The notes under the pieces: model-generated
What the model was told of the DNA's origin: nothing
The model's input: the letters and a program-made list of their open reading frames with translations, nothing else
The model's database searches: none
In this document: positions 52,548-64,000 of the stretch, one piece after another
How positions within the stretch are numbered: position 1 is the stretch's first letter
How the letters are laid out: each line of letters opens with the position of its first letter
DNA from: Diplonema japonicum
Taxonomy: Eukaryota; Protista; Euglenozoa: Diplonemea
Length of the DNA: 64,000 nucleotides
Assembly: GCA_964019335.1 (NCBI GenBank)
Contig: OZ025696.1
Location: 1 to 64,000 of the forward strand
Direction: 5' to 3'
Program-made: the position numbers and the translations under genes

Positions 52548-53144
52548 TCTCTTTTTGATACCAACCAGAAGTCTTTTTTTTTCCCCTTTTTTTCCAAACC
52601 TCCACTGTTTTGTGTGATATTAAAAAGGTCACATCAGGTGGCATAGTTGGCTTGCTTTGCCTCTTTTTTCTGGTGTTGCAAGCTGCAGTACATCATCTAA
52701 GAGAAGGCAGCTGCACGCTGCTGAACTGACTGAAGTCTTCTAGAAGTGATGCTCAGTTGTGGATCTTGCGCAACAATCTTTGCGATTGCAAAAATGGAAA
52801 CGCCAGGTGTTTCAAGGGCTTGGCATGGCACAGTCAGGTACAAGGAGGAAGGGAAGTACAGTGACAGTAAAGTTACCTGTCTACCCATCTTGACCAGAAG
52901 GTAGGGACATGTGCCTACCAGAAACTAGGGGAACCTGGAGGAGAAATTCTACAGCTTCAGGAGCAGCTGAAGAACAAGAACAAGGAGATAGAACTTGAAG
53001 GGGCAGAAGGAAGAGCCTTACCCTTACCAAGTTCACCTTCCCAAACCCTCTCACAAGATGAAGCTGCCTAGCATTTGCAACCGGTGGACAACAAAAAGAA
53101 AACGAATCAGAAGGTGAAAAATACCGTTAAAATCATCTAACCTT

Positions 53145-55193
53145 CTAGGATAGTCGGGAAGGCGACGAAGAGCTCACATGTGCCTCGATGGCATTCACAA
53201 CCGTTTTAGAAGTAAAGTACCCAATGATGTCTCTCAACATCTCTCCACCGCAGTACACCCACTCCGTATAGTCGGCTCGCTCTAAAAGAAGCTTCACACA
53301 ACCCAGACGCGAGTTAGCGACAGCAATGCACAACGGGTCCTTCCTCTTGTCTTTAGAGCGCAGAGGGTTACCGTGCAGCACAAGGTGCCTCAGTAGCACC
53401 TGCTCCAAAAAATCCGCGCTGCCCACCCTGCACAGGTGCTTTGCTAATGCAAACAACACATCTTCCGTGAGATACTCTTGAATGTCCTCCTCTTCCAAGA
53501 CAAGTTCTGCGTCTAGGTGTTTGTACGCCTTGACCAGACGTTCGATTGCCGTAGAAACTACCCTTTGCTTCTCGTCCGGTTTTGCGCATTGCAAAACTAT
53601 CATTAACTGCTCGTATGTACTGATCTTCCAACCGACACGCTCAGGCACACCGTCCCACAGCAGCTTCCGTAACAGTGTTTCAGAAGCAAGCTCTTGCTGC
53701 AGTAATGTCCCTGCAAGCTTTGCCGCGCCATGCGTCTTAACAGCAACATGCTCCAGCAGACTGTCGAGGTACTTCATTCCGCGTTCCGTGAAATTCCTGT
53801 GCTTCGATAGGTCCACAGGCACGATGGATGGCTTGGTGCAGCATCTTATGATCTCGTCCGCCCAGCTCCAACAGGATAGGTTCACAGCCGTAATAAAGGC
53901 AGCGGGGGGAAAGTTCGGAGTCACTCCAATAGCTTCCATCACAACAGCATTCAGCTCCGGCTTGTTGTAAAGGTGCTGCATGGCAACGCAGAGCACATGA
54001 GCAGCGTCTCGGCAATGCAAGCACGTTATGTAGTACTTGATGAAGTCTCGCAACGGTGCAACGCTATTGAGATTCCGTAGAACAAACACAGTGCTTGGGA
54101 TACACCGACCGCCAATGTAGGAGAGAAAGCGTTTGAAAAAAGAAAGGCTGCCTGCCCGAACGCTGCAGAACATTCCCTTCTGAGCATTGTCGAACATGTA
54201 TTCCCTGCCCCACGGCTGCGACGCGATGTACTCGAAAACCTTGGGTGCCCTCAGTAGACGGTCGTTCACCGCTAGGGAATACCTGTAGAACCTCCCCGCT
54301 TTGTTGTACAGGTCAAGCAATGCAACGTTGTCGTCATGCAATATGGCGTGCAAATTGGCTCGCAAAGAATATTGACCCACCGTCCTAAGTTCCTCTTGGG
54401 CTTCTCGCCTCACCCTCCTCGCGATTACTTCCTCGCCGAGCACAACGTCGATCACTTCACCAGATATTATACCGTAATCGGAAACCTGACGCTCGTCGGC
54501 GAGCCTCTCGTTCTCATATTGTAAATCGAAGTTCTCTCGTTTCATTCCTGTGAGGCGTTCCACCCTTTTCTTTAAGTCGCTTGTAGTCCACTTGTAGCCG
54601 AAGCCTACCACGTGGGTCTTCCCGTCAAGCAAGGAAATCACGATGTCTGTTAGTTCTTCATCAGAGAGCACATGTATTTCAAAAAGCTGCTCTTTGAGGT
54701 AACGTGCGACAATAGCTTCCGTCAGGTTGCCCGTTTTCACCATTTGCTGACGCACAGCTTCCAGGCAGTCGACAGCGTGGGTGTAGTACGAAGTACTTGC
54801 AACATACTCGAACAAGGGTAGCAATTGCAGCTGCACGTTCGTAGCACGCCCGAACAGAACCTCCTGCCTGTAGCGTCCTGTCTCGTAATTCATAAGTACT
54901 CTGAAGTATGTTTCCCCGATGTGGAGGATGCTTCTATCTTTTATGGCTTCGAATATGTGGAACAAACACGAGCTTCGATACTGTTCCTCCGATGCAGGTA
55001 CAGCCGCCCTGCGCGAGGGCAACCGGCAGTACTCGTTCTGAAAGTTATCGCGGTCTGAAAAGAGGCACAGCGTGTTTTTAGAACACAGAAAATGCTGCTC
55101 GATGCTCTCCCTCATCGCACTTGCGCGGCCGCTGCAATTTAGTATCTGCTGCGCAGTCTCAAATGTAGGGCATTTTCTTGTGTAACCATCCAT
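53145..55193 (-). CDS. Protein with internal ubiquitin-like domain and degenerate ankyrin-like helical repeats
   Basis: LLDGKTH...TTSDLKKRVERLTG...LQYENERLADERQVSDYGI; C-terminal DPLCIAV...GCVKLLL. Confidence 0.75.
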   Translation of the reverse strand: MDGYTRKCPTFETAQQILNCSGRASAMRESIEQHFLCSKNTLCLFSDRDNFQNEYCRLPSRRAAVPASEEQYRSSCLFHIFEAIKDRSILHIGETYFRVLMNYETGRYRQEVLFGRATNVQLQLLPLFEYVASTSYYTHAVDCLEAVRQQMVKTGNLTEAIVARYLKEQLFEIHVLSDEELTDIVISLLDGKTHVVGFGYKWTTSDLKKRVERLTGMKRENFDLQYENERLADERQVSDYGIISGEVIDVVLGEEVIARRVRREAQEELRTVGQYSLRANLHAILHDDNVALLDLYNKAGRFYRYSLAVNDRLLRAPKVFEYIASQPWGREYMFDNAQKGMFCSVRAGSLSFFKRFLSYIGGRCIPSTVFVLRNLNSVAPLRDFIKYYITCLHCRDAAHVLCVAMQHLYNKPELNAVVMEAIGVTPNFPPAAFITAVNLSCWSWADEIIRCCTKPSIVPVDLSKHRNFTERGMKYLDSLLEHVAVKTHGAAKLAGTLLQQELASETLLRKLLWDGVPERVGWKISTYEQLMIVLQCAKPDEKQRVVSTAIERLVKAYKHLDAELVLEEEDIQEYLTEDVLFALAKHLCRVGSADFLEQVLLRHLVLHGNPLRSKDKRKDPLCIAVANSRLGCVKLLLERADYTEWVYCGGEMLRDIIGYFTSKTVVNAIEAHVSSSSPSRLS

Positions 55194-55430
55194 TTCTGTG
55201 TCGGAGTGGATAAAAACAGGGCAAGCCACACCGTCTAAACCTCCCTCCTTACGAGATACTTCTGGTGCAAGAAGAATTATTCGGTTAAGCAGTCTGTACC
55301 GCGTGACGAAACTGAAAACTGAGGCTCAACGCAGAGGCTCTATAGCTGCAGCACAATAATCCCGTAAAACACAGTATCGAAGAAAAAAAAAAAGATTCTA
55401 CTTACTCTAATCTACAAAGGTTACATGTAA

Positions 55431-58400
55431 TCAACCAAGAGCTTCGGGCGTGAGAACGTTCCAGTGGAACCACCTCCCAATCTTCTCCTGAAGCATGCCC
55501 TGCAAGGTGACGAGGGAGTCAGTGGAGGTGAGCGGGATACTAACAGACGTGTGGCTGTGGTGAAGTATATATAACTTGCGTGCTTGATGCATACCTTCGT
55601 GACACCAGACCGTGGTCACCAAACGTAATGAGCTCCTTCTCATAATCTACACCGCAGTTCATTTTTTTGAGGTTTGTTCGCAGCACAGCGGGGGTTACCT
55701 CTCCTTGGATCTTGCGCTGCAGGACAGCTAGAACCCACAATGCAACCTGCTGTTTCTTTGGCGCAGAAGGGATGATCTTTTCGAAAGACTGAAGATTGAG
55801 GAGATCGGTCTGCTTTGCTGGCCTTGCTTCACCGCCCTTCTTCGTTTTATTGTTTCGCACAACGGTGTCCATCATGTAGGTAGGCATGGAAATCCCCTCA
55901 AAGACTAGTGACGGAACCATGGATGACAGCAAGGTGTGCAGGTCAGAAGGTGCATCAGTTGTGCAGCAAACCTTCACCAAGCCATGGAACTCGCTGCACA
56001 ATTCTTCCAATGACTGTAGGAAGCCCCGCGTCACGCACTCCATGTCGTGGATGAACAGGACGATCCTCCCGTTGCCGCCAGGCGGAGGGTGGGGAGCTGC
56101 CCAGTGCTGCATGATAGGATTGAGAATCTTGTTGTTCTCCCTTTCCATCTGAAAATAATTTAAACAAGACTCCAGCCGTGTGACCTCAGTAACAGGCATG
56201 CTCGCTGGAGGCACCTGGTCAGTTTCAGGAGGCATCGTTCCCTTCTCGCTTTGCTCCCACTCCCAATAATTTGCAAACTCCTGCATCGAGAGGAACAGGG
56301 GCTTCTTTTGAAGCGTTTCGATCTTTTCAAGGTTCTCCTTCGGAAGCCCTTCGATGTTCTGATTCAACGCACCGAGTATTTCTTTTTTCCGGCGATTCGC
56401 GTTGCTTTTTGCTTCATGCGTGCATCGTTCTTTCGCAGGAGACAGTTTCTTCACCACCACCTCCTCTTCCGTGGGTGGGATGTTGTGCCTTGGAGGGTTG
56501 GGTATTCCAACTGACTGCCAGATACGTTGCTTCCGTGCTGCCTTGGCCGCTGTTTGAACTGGCCGTCTTGGCACTTCCATCTCTGTGAAGACGCATTCCG
56601 AAGCCCTAGCCACTCGGTCCAGTGCTGCAGGGGAATGTTCTATCCGCATGGATCTGAGCTTTGCTTTCAAGGCTTTCAAAGGGGATACTTTGTGTGTCTC
56701 TCCGAACATTGCTGTGAGCACCCTGCCCCACAGGCCGGCAAGGTCCGGCAGCAGCGTCCCCTCCACCATAAAGACGTAGTCGTGTTGAAACTCCCTCAAC
56801 GCTGATATCTCATACAGCACAGACCGTTTTGACCCTAGTCCCTCGATGAATAGTGCGGCTCTTTGTAGTTTGGCAGCCACCTTGCGGTACATATAACGGT
56901 ATGACAGGACAACAGCCCTTTCGGCAGGGGATAGTTGTCTAAGCAGCAAAGGGCCCTCCATCATGTCAGCCAGTGTGTCGGCCTGCCGTATCGTTTCATT
57001 GCCCTTTCCAAGATCGCACAACTTCACCACATGTGCAGCGGCCAAAAAAGACTTCTGCAGCAAGTGGAGCGGCGGGGCTTGCGGTCTGAAGGACTTCACC
57101 ACTGCAATCTCGACGACAGTAGGAGGGAACCCTGCGAGACTCACCTGCAGCTGTATCATCCTCGTCAGGGCGGGGATAGGTTCGAAAAATGAAAACCTGC
57201 CTTCGAAATGTGCTGCCACGATGTCCGAATCGCAGCTCGCAAGCGTCATCGGGAACGACGCATCATTGAGCTCCTCCGTAAAGAGGTGGCTCTCTCCATC
57301 TAGTGCTTGCGGCTTGGTCACAGTGCCGTTGTAGTCGCCTTCAGGGCCGTTCCACTTCTCGTAATAGGCGGTCAGCGTGAGGTGCTCGAGACAACTGAGA
57401 TTCTTGAATCGCAAATCAAAGCTCACGTATATCATGAATGTAAATGAGTTGAATTGGTCTTCTGTCAGCCGCAGGTTGGCCTTCTGTGGCGGGCTGATCT
57501 CCGTTTCACCGTCGTGGGTGATGAAAAGACGCGACCTCAGAGCAGAGCGGAGCTTTGCGGCAGCTGCTAAAGGAGCCGAACTGTGCTGCGAACAGAATGG
57601 AAGCACGACAGGCGTTTTGCCTGTGGACATGACACGCCAGTCATTGGAGAGCTCGGCGGACAGCATTGCACAGAACAAGTGTGCCGCCTTGCCGCACTTG
57701 TCACCACCAATACCACACGACAGGACGCCGCCACTGACGTCACAAATAGAGCAAGGGACGTCGGCCCTCTTGTTGGTCATAAGTGCCTCGCGGCAGGCGT
57801 GGTGGAAGTACGACCCTGACGACTCGTCAGCACGCCAGATATCCCCTTCAGCCGCATGGGCACCGTTCACGAGCACCCTTCGCAGCGCTTCGTTAAAAGC
57901 TTTAAGACTAGACTGTTTTACCATGGACCGCCATACTGCAGGCTGCACCCGTCGGTCCATGAAAGCAGTCATGTCATCTGGTGTCATGTCTACATATGAC
58001 TCGGTGGACTCGTCCCACAACAGGTTTGACTTGTCCATCCTAAGCACGCACTTGCAGTGCTTGTTCCTTGCTGTGATTTTCGTTCTGCTGAACCCCAGCG
58101 ACATGATACGCTTGTTCGCCAAGTGCTGCACGTCCTGCACGGCCGACAGGTACCGCTTCGCCTCCACCCAACCCTCCCTTGACGTGTTCCTGTTCCGGAC
58201 TAGATACCACTCCGACACGTGCCCCGCCTCGACTAGGGACACCACCCCGTTGATCTCCTCCTTTGTGAGGTTCCTTTCCAGCACGCAGATACTGGTTTTG
58301 ATGCATTTTTCGCTTTTAGTCTTGCGGACCAACGGGTATCCTAGCACCCATGACTTCGGGTATATCAAAGGCACCACTTGTAAGTTGTTGTAGCACACCA

Positions 58401-59196
58401 AGCTCTTGTCGTCGGCCATCCACGTTGCGGGGTTCACCTCATGCTGCAACACCTTTGAGGAGCTGGCGAACTTGGGTCGGAGGCCTTCAACTGGCCATTC
58501 GGGCGTGGCGGTCCAGGTTCCGTCTTCATTGTAAGCATAACATGGGGCGCCATGCGAGGGCCCATGGACAACGGAGAGCGCGTAAGTACGGCTTCGGTCG
58601 TTGGTGAGCCATCCACGGGGTTCCGGTGTGAAACTGAGCACATCGTCGACCCAGGATGCAGGGGACTGTTCCTGTCCTTCCGGGACAGCATGGTGTTCCT
58701 TCGGGTTGGCGTCTGATGCGTACTTCCACCGCATGCTGGGGATCTCTTCTTTGTGGTCGTAAAACAGCATGCCTCTTGCCCCTGTTGCGTCCATGAACGG
58801 GACCTGCACTGAGTACTGGTGCTTGTCATGGTACATCTGAACACCTTCCATTCGAACAAGTGCGGAGAGGGAGGGCTTCACAGCTGGGAACACGTTTCGT
58901 TTAGGGACCCTGACTTCCATCCACGTGCACTGCGTGTTCAGGTAAACGGGTGCCACAACACAGACCGTGTTGTCGTTCATGTCGTCGTCCTCCTTGTTCT
59001 TCTTCTTCCCCAACCACATATCCGTGTAGTGCACACCTTCGTACGTGTAGCAGCACACGTAATCCCTTCGCCTTGCGGAACCAACATCGATAAGTGCGAT
59101 ACCCCAGTCATTGCCCACCTCCTTCCGCCTACAGTACCTTTGTGCCGTCTTCACAATTTCTGTTGGGACCCATCTCGGGGGTGCTTTTCTGTCCAT
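55431..59196 (-). CDS. ORC2: Large protein with extended PHD-like finger and C-terminal ORC2-like domain; exons 59196-55595, 55554-55431
   Basis: H..C...CSIC..GG...C....C...AH..CA...FC.QH; C-terminal IVLFIHD, VCCTTD, ELITFGDHGLV and, after splicing, SIPL. Confidence 0.6.
55555..55594 (-). other. 40-nt intron (GTATGC...ACAG)
   Basis: Joins ORF 55540..59196 in frame to ORF 55431..55643. Confidence 0.8.
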
Positions 59197-59755
59197 TTAT
59201 TTTTGCCTGTTTCCTTTTTCTTTTTTGCGGGGGAATAAGTAATAAGATCAAGAAGAAATATTTTTTAAAAAAAATAATGAAACCTTTCGTTCGTAAGGGT
59301 ACCTCCGACGACGCATTCTTAATGTGTAACAATAATAAAAAAAAAGGGGGGGAAGGAGGAAGAGAAGAAAGAGCTTATAGGAGCTTGACCGGATTAAAAT
59401 GTCTACACTTTCTATGGGTGTTTCGAAAATCTCTTGTTTTGATTATTTGAGCAAAAAAAAAGGGCAGCATGCAATCTTGTTGCCGTTCTTTCAATTGCGA
59501 TGCTTTTTACTTTTTTTTTTTGCCATGAGCGCAAAGAACCATTCAAAAAAAGAATGTCTTTGCACGCGCTTTAGAACTAAAACAGACGGCGCGCATTGTG
59601 ACCTATATGGTGCACACACTCCCGCAATTCTGCACACAAAGTGGTGTCGGACCAAATTTAACGGGGTTTTGCTGCAGTGGTAGGTCGTTTGTTGACATTC
59701 TTCTCCCGGGCAAGCTCATGTTTATATTTATATGTGTACGTGCAGTAACCGATTA

Positions 59756-59791
<36 letters not shown>

Positions 59792-59813
59792 AAAAAGAAA
59801 AAAAAAAAAAAAA

Positions 59814-59854
59814 GAGACATTTAAGGGTACCTGCGGTATGTGGCAGGACGCCTG
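59814..59854. repeat. ~42-bp dispersed repeat after a long A run, copy 2
   Basis: Two mismatches relative to the copy at ~25408-25448. Confidence 0.8.
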
Positions 59855-59996
59855 AGAAAAAAAAAGAAAAATGGCGCGAGAGCAAAGCAACAAGAAAAAA
59901 AAAAGTGTGATCTTTTTGCAATAACAATTCGAGGCTTTGTTCTTGTTCCAGCAAAAAAAAAAAAAAGAAAAAAAAAAAAGAAAATAAAGGGCTTAA

Positions 59997-61443
59997 AGGG
60001 GGGGTCCGAATAATCCCTTTATTTGGGCAGTGGAGGGAGGGGGTTTGGGCTCCAAAAAAAAGAATTATTTGGAATACACTTAATTGGGAAGTACTTATTT
60101 GGGCTGGAGGGCCTGCCACATGGAAAGGAGGGAGCGGCTTAGAGCACTTCGGAAATCTTAACATGCCGAATCGTGCGAAGATTCTTTTCATGCTTTTTTT
60201 TTTTCGTAAAAAAATTTTAACAGTTTTTCTCCCAGGCTGTGGAGAACCCACAAACGTTGCAGACAAACCGCCTGGTTTTGGCGGGCATCTGTGAGGCTTG
60301 AGAATCTGTCGGGGCTTGAGAGCTTGGGAGGCTGCTGGAGTCTCGTCAGGTGCAGTGTCCATTGTAACACCCGCAACAACGTTCTGTGCTGCACTGTCTA
60401 AAGGGTCCGACCCCTTCAAAGTGCTTACTTCTCTCTTCGGAACTAGCGAGACGCATACAGCTAAAGGTACCGAGCAGTTGCATGACCTTTCTCATGTGCC
60501 TGCCCTATCCACAGTGCCACGTTAATTCGGCGCTCTGCTGCAGTCATCAACCAACGTCCCGCCTCGGCTGCTTGGGGCATGCCACAGCCCCCCTAACCTC
60601 AAAATGGCGGGAGGTCTGAATCGCCGGTGCCACACAGAAGCAGCCTCACAATACGTACTTTTCCTTTTCAATCGATTGTTATATGTACTTATAAAATATA
60701 GCGCGCATTCGACGACACTGATCAAGCGACTGGCACCTTCCGAAGAAGGGCCTCCCACGTCCGCCGGGTTGAGCAGAAGATGCCCAGGGGCGGCCGTTCC
60801 AGTCTGATCATGTCGCACTTTAACATATTTCTGCCCTCGTAGCTCGCCGGGCCAGCACTCTTACTTGCGTAGCAGCCTCACAATACCGCCAGTGGGCTAC
60901 GGCACAGCTTTGATCTTGCTCAGGAATGGAACATTGACATTGCGGGCCATGAAAGAAAGCAAATACTAGATAAGCTGTCAACACATGAATCCACGTGCCC
61001 TTCCGGCAACGCATAAGCACCCGGGCCCGCAAAGCGCCTTCGAACAAAGTAGTTCCGTGAAATTTTGAACCGTTCATCACGAACCATCTAGCTTCTTGCG
61101 TTAAGAAAATTAGGGTCCCTCACAATAACCCCCAGGTGCCAAACCCCGTGGTCCCTGTTCAAAAATGCAAAAGAATTGCCCATGCCCAAAACCAGGCGGA
61201 AATCGACTTTTTGGTCAAAAAAGGGGTGTATACATGGGTTAGGTAGGCTAGTACCCTGCACAGGCGTGACTGAGAAAAACCCGTTACTACCATGTGACCC
61301 CCACCCCCCGGTCCCCCTAAAAAAAAAAAAGAAAGGGGGTCGGGAATTATTTGGGAAATTTGGAGCGGAAAAATCTCCGGAAAAAAAAAGAATTATTTGG
61401 GAAAAAACACATTATTTGGGAGGGAATTATTCGGACCCCCCCT
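59997..61443. mobile_element. Non-autonomous TIR element flanked by TTAA (Kolobok-like termini)
   Basis: TTAA|AGGGGGGGTCCGAATAAT ... ATTATTCGGACCCCCCCT|TTAA (18-bp perfect TIR); TTATTTGG subterminal repeats; no intact ORF. Confidence 0.85.
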
Positions 61444-63220
61444 TTAATAGATACTGAGTGTTCTTTTCTTTTTTTTTCTTCTAGTTCTTTCTTAGCGAAA
61501 AAAGGTCAAAAAAAAAAAAGAAAGAAAGAAAAAGGAAGTCACGTCAATGTGCTACGCACAACTTCAGCGGTGACAAAAAAGAAAATAGTTCCAGTTCCAC
61601 ACAGTAGCTACGCCATTTCAATATCAGCTAGAGTATTTAAATATTGTGCAAACAGGTCCGACACAGGCCCCCAATGTTTGGATGGGTTAACCTGAGGAAA
61701 GCCGGTGAAATTCTGAATTTTGGAATCAACTAAGGGTACCCGTCATTAACACCAATACTATCTCCTCACAAAAAAAAACCCCCCCCTCCCCCCCTGCCAC
61801 TGTTTTTGTTTTTTTCGTGTAACATCCTTTTTTTTGCGATTGATTCTAATTTCTATAGTCTGTTGGCTCTTTCCTTGAGGGGGGAGATAGACCCTTCTTT
61901 TTCTTTTCTTTTCTCAAACTTTTTTGTTCATTTTGCTGGGGGGGTCAAAGTGGCAACGGGTTTCTTTTGAAGTTTTCGCCAGGGCCACACCCCCATGACA
62001 CATGGCTGCATCCCGAATTCCATGAGGAATGAGGTGAAAGCAATCGCACATCTTCTTTTCTTCTCTTTTTTCTTTTTCTTTTTTTCTGCTTCTTCATAAC
62101 AAGGAACAACTTCCGCACCCGCTCACAAAGAAACCACCATACCTCCCTTATTTGTCAAAACCAAATTGCACCAGTTGTCGGGAAAATAGTTTTTTGACTT
62201 AAGAGATATGGGTCGTTATAAAAAAGAAAAGAGAAAAAAAAAAAGGAGAAAATACTATATATAATCAGCATTTAGTAAAACATCTTCTGAGGGAGGGTGC
62301 GTGGGGGAGAAAGCACAGGCAAGCTATAACCGCGAAAACACTTCGCGAAGGAGGAAAGGGGGGGGGGGGGGGGTCATAAGGGTGCCGTTTTTTTTTCTTT
62401 TTTTTCCAGTTTTTTTGCTAAGGGTATTTTAGGCCCTTAAAAAGACTCTAACCACCCCCCAAAAGTGCCCACAAATCGTTCAAACCCCTGTTTCCCGACG
62501 GTTATGGACCCCAGAAGGGCCAGTATTGTGTTCTAATTTTTGGGGGCCCCCGTTTGGTACCAAAGGGTCCCAAAGGGGTGCCCCGTATATGTGTATTTCA
62601 AACTACCTTAGCAAGCACCGTGAAAAACACAAAAAAAATAGGGGACAGGCGTAAAAAAGAGTGTTTTGTGGTACTGGGGGTGACTGGGGATTACGAAGTG
62701 GGTGAACACTTGAAATCAGCAGCGTTTCCATAGGTATCTGAAAAATAAGGAAACGGAAACGTTTCCCCGTTTCTTGCCAGCATAGCCCTGGGGGGGGGGG
62801 GGGGGGTAAATAGGGGGATAAAGCCATTTTCTTTCCATATTTTCATATGGGGCCGGAAATTCGCCAGAAATGTTTGTAAAAAAGACATTCTATAAAAGGA
62901 CCCACGACTTCGTGAATGTTTGCGTTCCCACAAAAAAATATGGCATTTATTCCCCCGTAGGTAATCCACCCAATACGGATGCGAGAATCAGTAGCGGACC
63001 TGCACCCAGCAATGATTATTGATAAGGGGGGGGGGGGGGGGGGGGGCACCCTCTAAAAATCGTTAAAGGGTGGGGGGGAAAAAAAAAAGAAGAAGAAACA
63101 ACGTTGATTTAACCACCTGGTGGAAAGAAAAAAAAAGAGTCGGCTGCTTGTTGTTTGTCCACCGTTTTCACCTACAGTAGGGGAAACGAACAAGGCTGCC
63201 TCTACTCTAACATTCTTCGC

Positions 63221-64000
63221 TCACGCCAGCATCCCCATAACGCTGAGAGTGTACCCCATATCGAAGGTCACAGCGCGAACCATCGTGTTGTAGGTGGGAG
63301 GCCCACAGATAACGACATGGTTGAACTCAGAAGGTGATTCGAAGGCCTCCTCCATGTGAGCTGCTACAACACTGTTAGCCATGAACGGCTTTATAGAAGA
63401 AGGGAACTCAGCCGACCGAGTAAAAAGGTACTTCAACACAAACCTGTCACCACCGATATCAGAAAGCTCCTCAAACTCCTCATGGTAGGGCACATGGCTG
63501 AAAGTGTTAAAACACACAAACAATACAACTCGGCACCCGTCTCTCAAAGCAGCCCTAGCAATCGATATCAAAGGCGTACATCCGGTCCCCGCACCGCATA
63601 GATACAACTCCTGGTGAATACCCTTTCGGTACTGGTACTCAGACAACAGCAGACCCCTCCCTTCAACGTTGGAGGCAACTGTAAGACTTGATAACAGCGC
63701 GCTGCTTGTTCTGTCATTGTTTAATTTTATCATAAACGTGATCTCGTCGCCCTTGTGGTGAAGGATACTATAAGGCCGGGAGAGCCTGCTGTTGAACCGT
63801 ATGCTGACATGGCTGCCGGGGGGTACGTGCTGTTTTGAGATGTTGTCGGCCTTGAAGGTAAAAGCGTATGTCGATTTGGCGCGTTGTTCCTTCTTGACGA
63901 AGACGATCTTCCTGTACTCGCCCACGACGAGGGCGTCGGTGCTGTTGGCTGCGTCGTCGGTGGCCACGCCGTCCTTTGCGTGTTGGATGATCTTCCCTAT
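63221..64000 (-). CDS. Cytochrome b5 reductase/FNR-type FAD+NAD-binding oxidoreductase (5'-partial)
   Basis: RPYS, GAGTGCTP and ICGPP motifs; the frame stays open to the window edge. Confidence 0.88.
   Translation of the reverse strand: MGKIIQHAKDGVATDDAANSTDALVVGEYRKIVFVKKEQRAKSTYAFTFKADNISKQHVPPGSHVSIRFNSRLSRPYSILHHKGDEITFMIKLNNDRTSSALLSSLTVASNVEGRGLLLSEYQYRKGIHQELYLCGAGTGCTPLISIARAALRDGCRVVLFVCFNTFSHVPYHEEFEELSDIGGDRFVLKYLFTRSAEFPSSIKPFMANSVVAAHMEEAFESPSEFNHVVICGPPTYNTMVRAVTFDMGYTLSVMGMLA

Noticed and set aside
52640-53090. Possible decayed + strand coding fragment (EILQLQEQLKNKNKEIE)
   Set aside because: Multiple stops and no recognisable family.
6570-58393. Long + strand ORFs (e.g. 7383..8144, 10725..11348, 57377..58393)
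   Set aside because: Antisense shadows of well-supported minus-strand genes.
62380-63052. Possible TIR element (AGGGTGCC...GGCACCCT)
   Set aside because: Only 8 bp inverted and no convincing target duplication.

Overview
Eukaryotic, euglenozoan-type DNA, most likely a diplonemid. Support: a 23-nt match to the 3' part of the Diplonema-type spliced leader, a BILBO1-N-terminal-like protein, all ~24 credible genes on the minus strand like a polycistronic cluster, and small GT-AG introns. Genes include ubiquitin-like/ankyrin proteins, an O-fucosyltransferase-like enzyme, a MATE transporter, two beta-helix paralogues, four membrane class III cyclase-like proteins with degenerate catalytic motifs, a soluble-adenylyl-cyclase-like protein, a receptor-like MAP3K, a GMC oxidoreductase, an esterase-GH27 fusion and a PHD-containing ORC2-like protein. 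Intergenic DNA is homopolymer-rich and holds three TIR transposon remnants (hAT, pogo-like, TTAA-flanked) and a dispersed hairpin repeat. The most striking region is 1-2126. On the minus strand, a truncated gene 5' end is joined to a genomic spliced-leader relic that sits exactly where a second copy of the same 5' segment has an AG acceptor. This is followed by reiterated blocks with long poly(A) runs and ends in (GCAAACCC)n, resembling an integrated cDNA of a trans-spliced RNA. All domain calls are from visual motif recognition; no searches were run.
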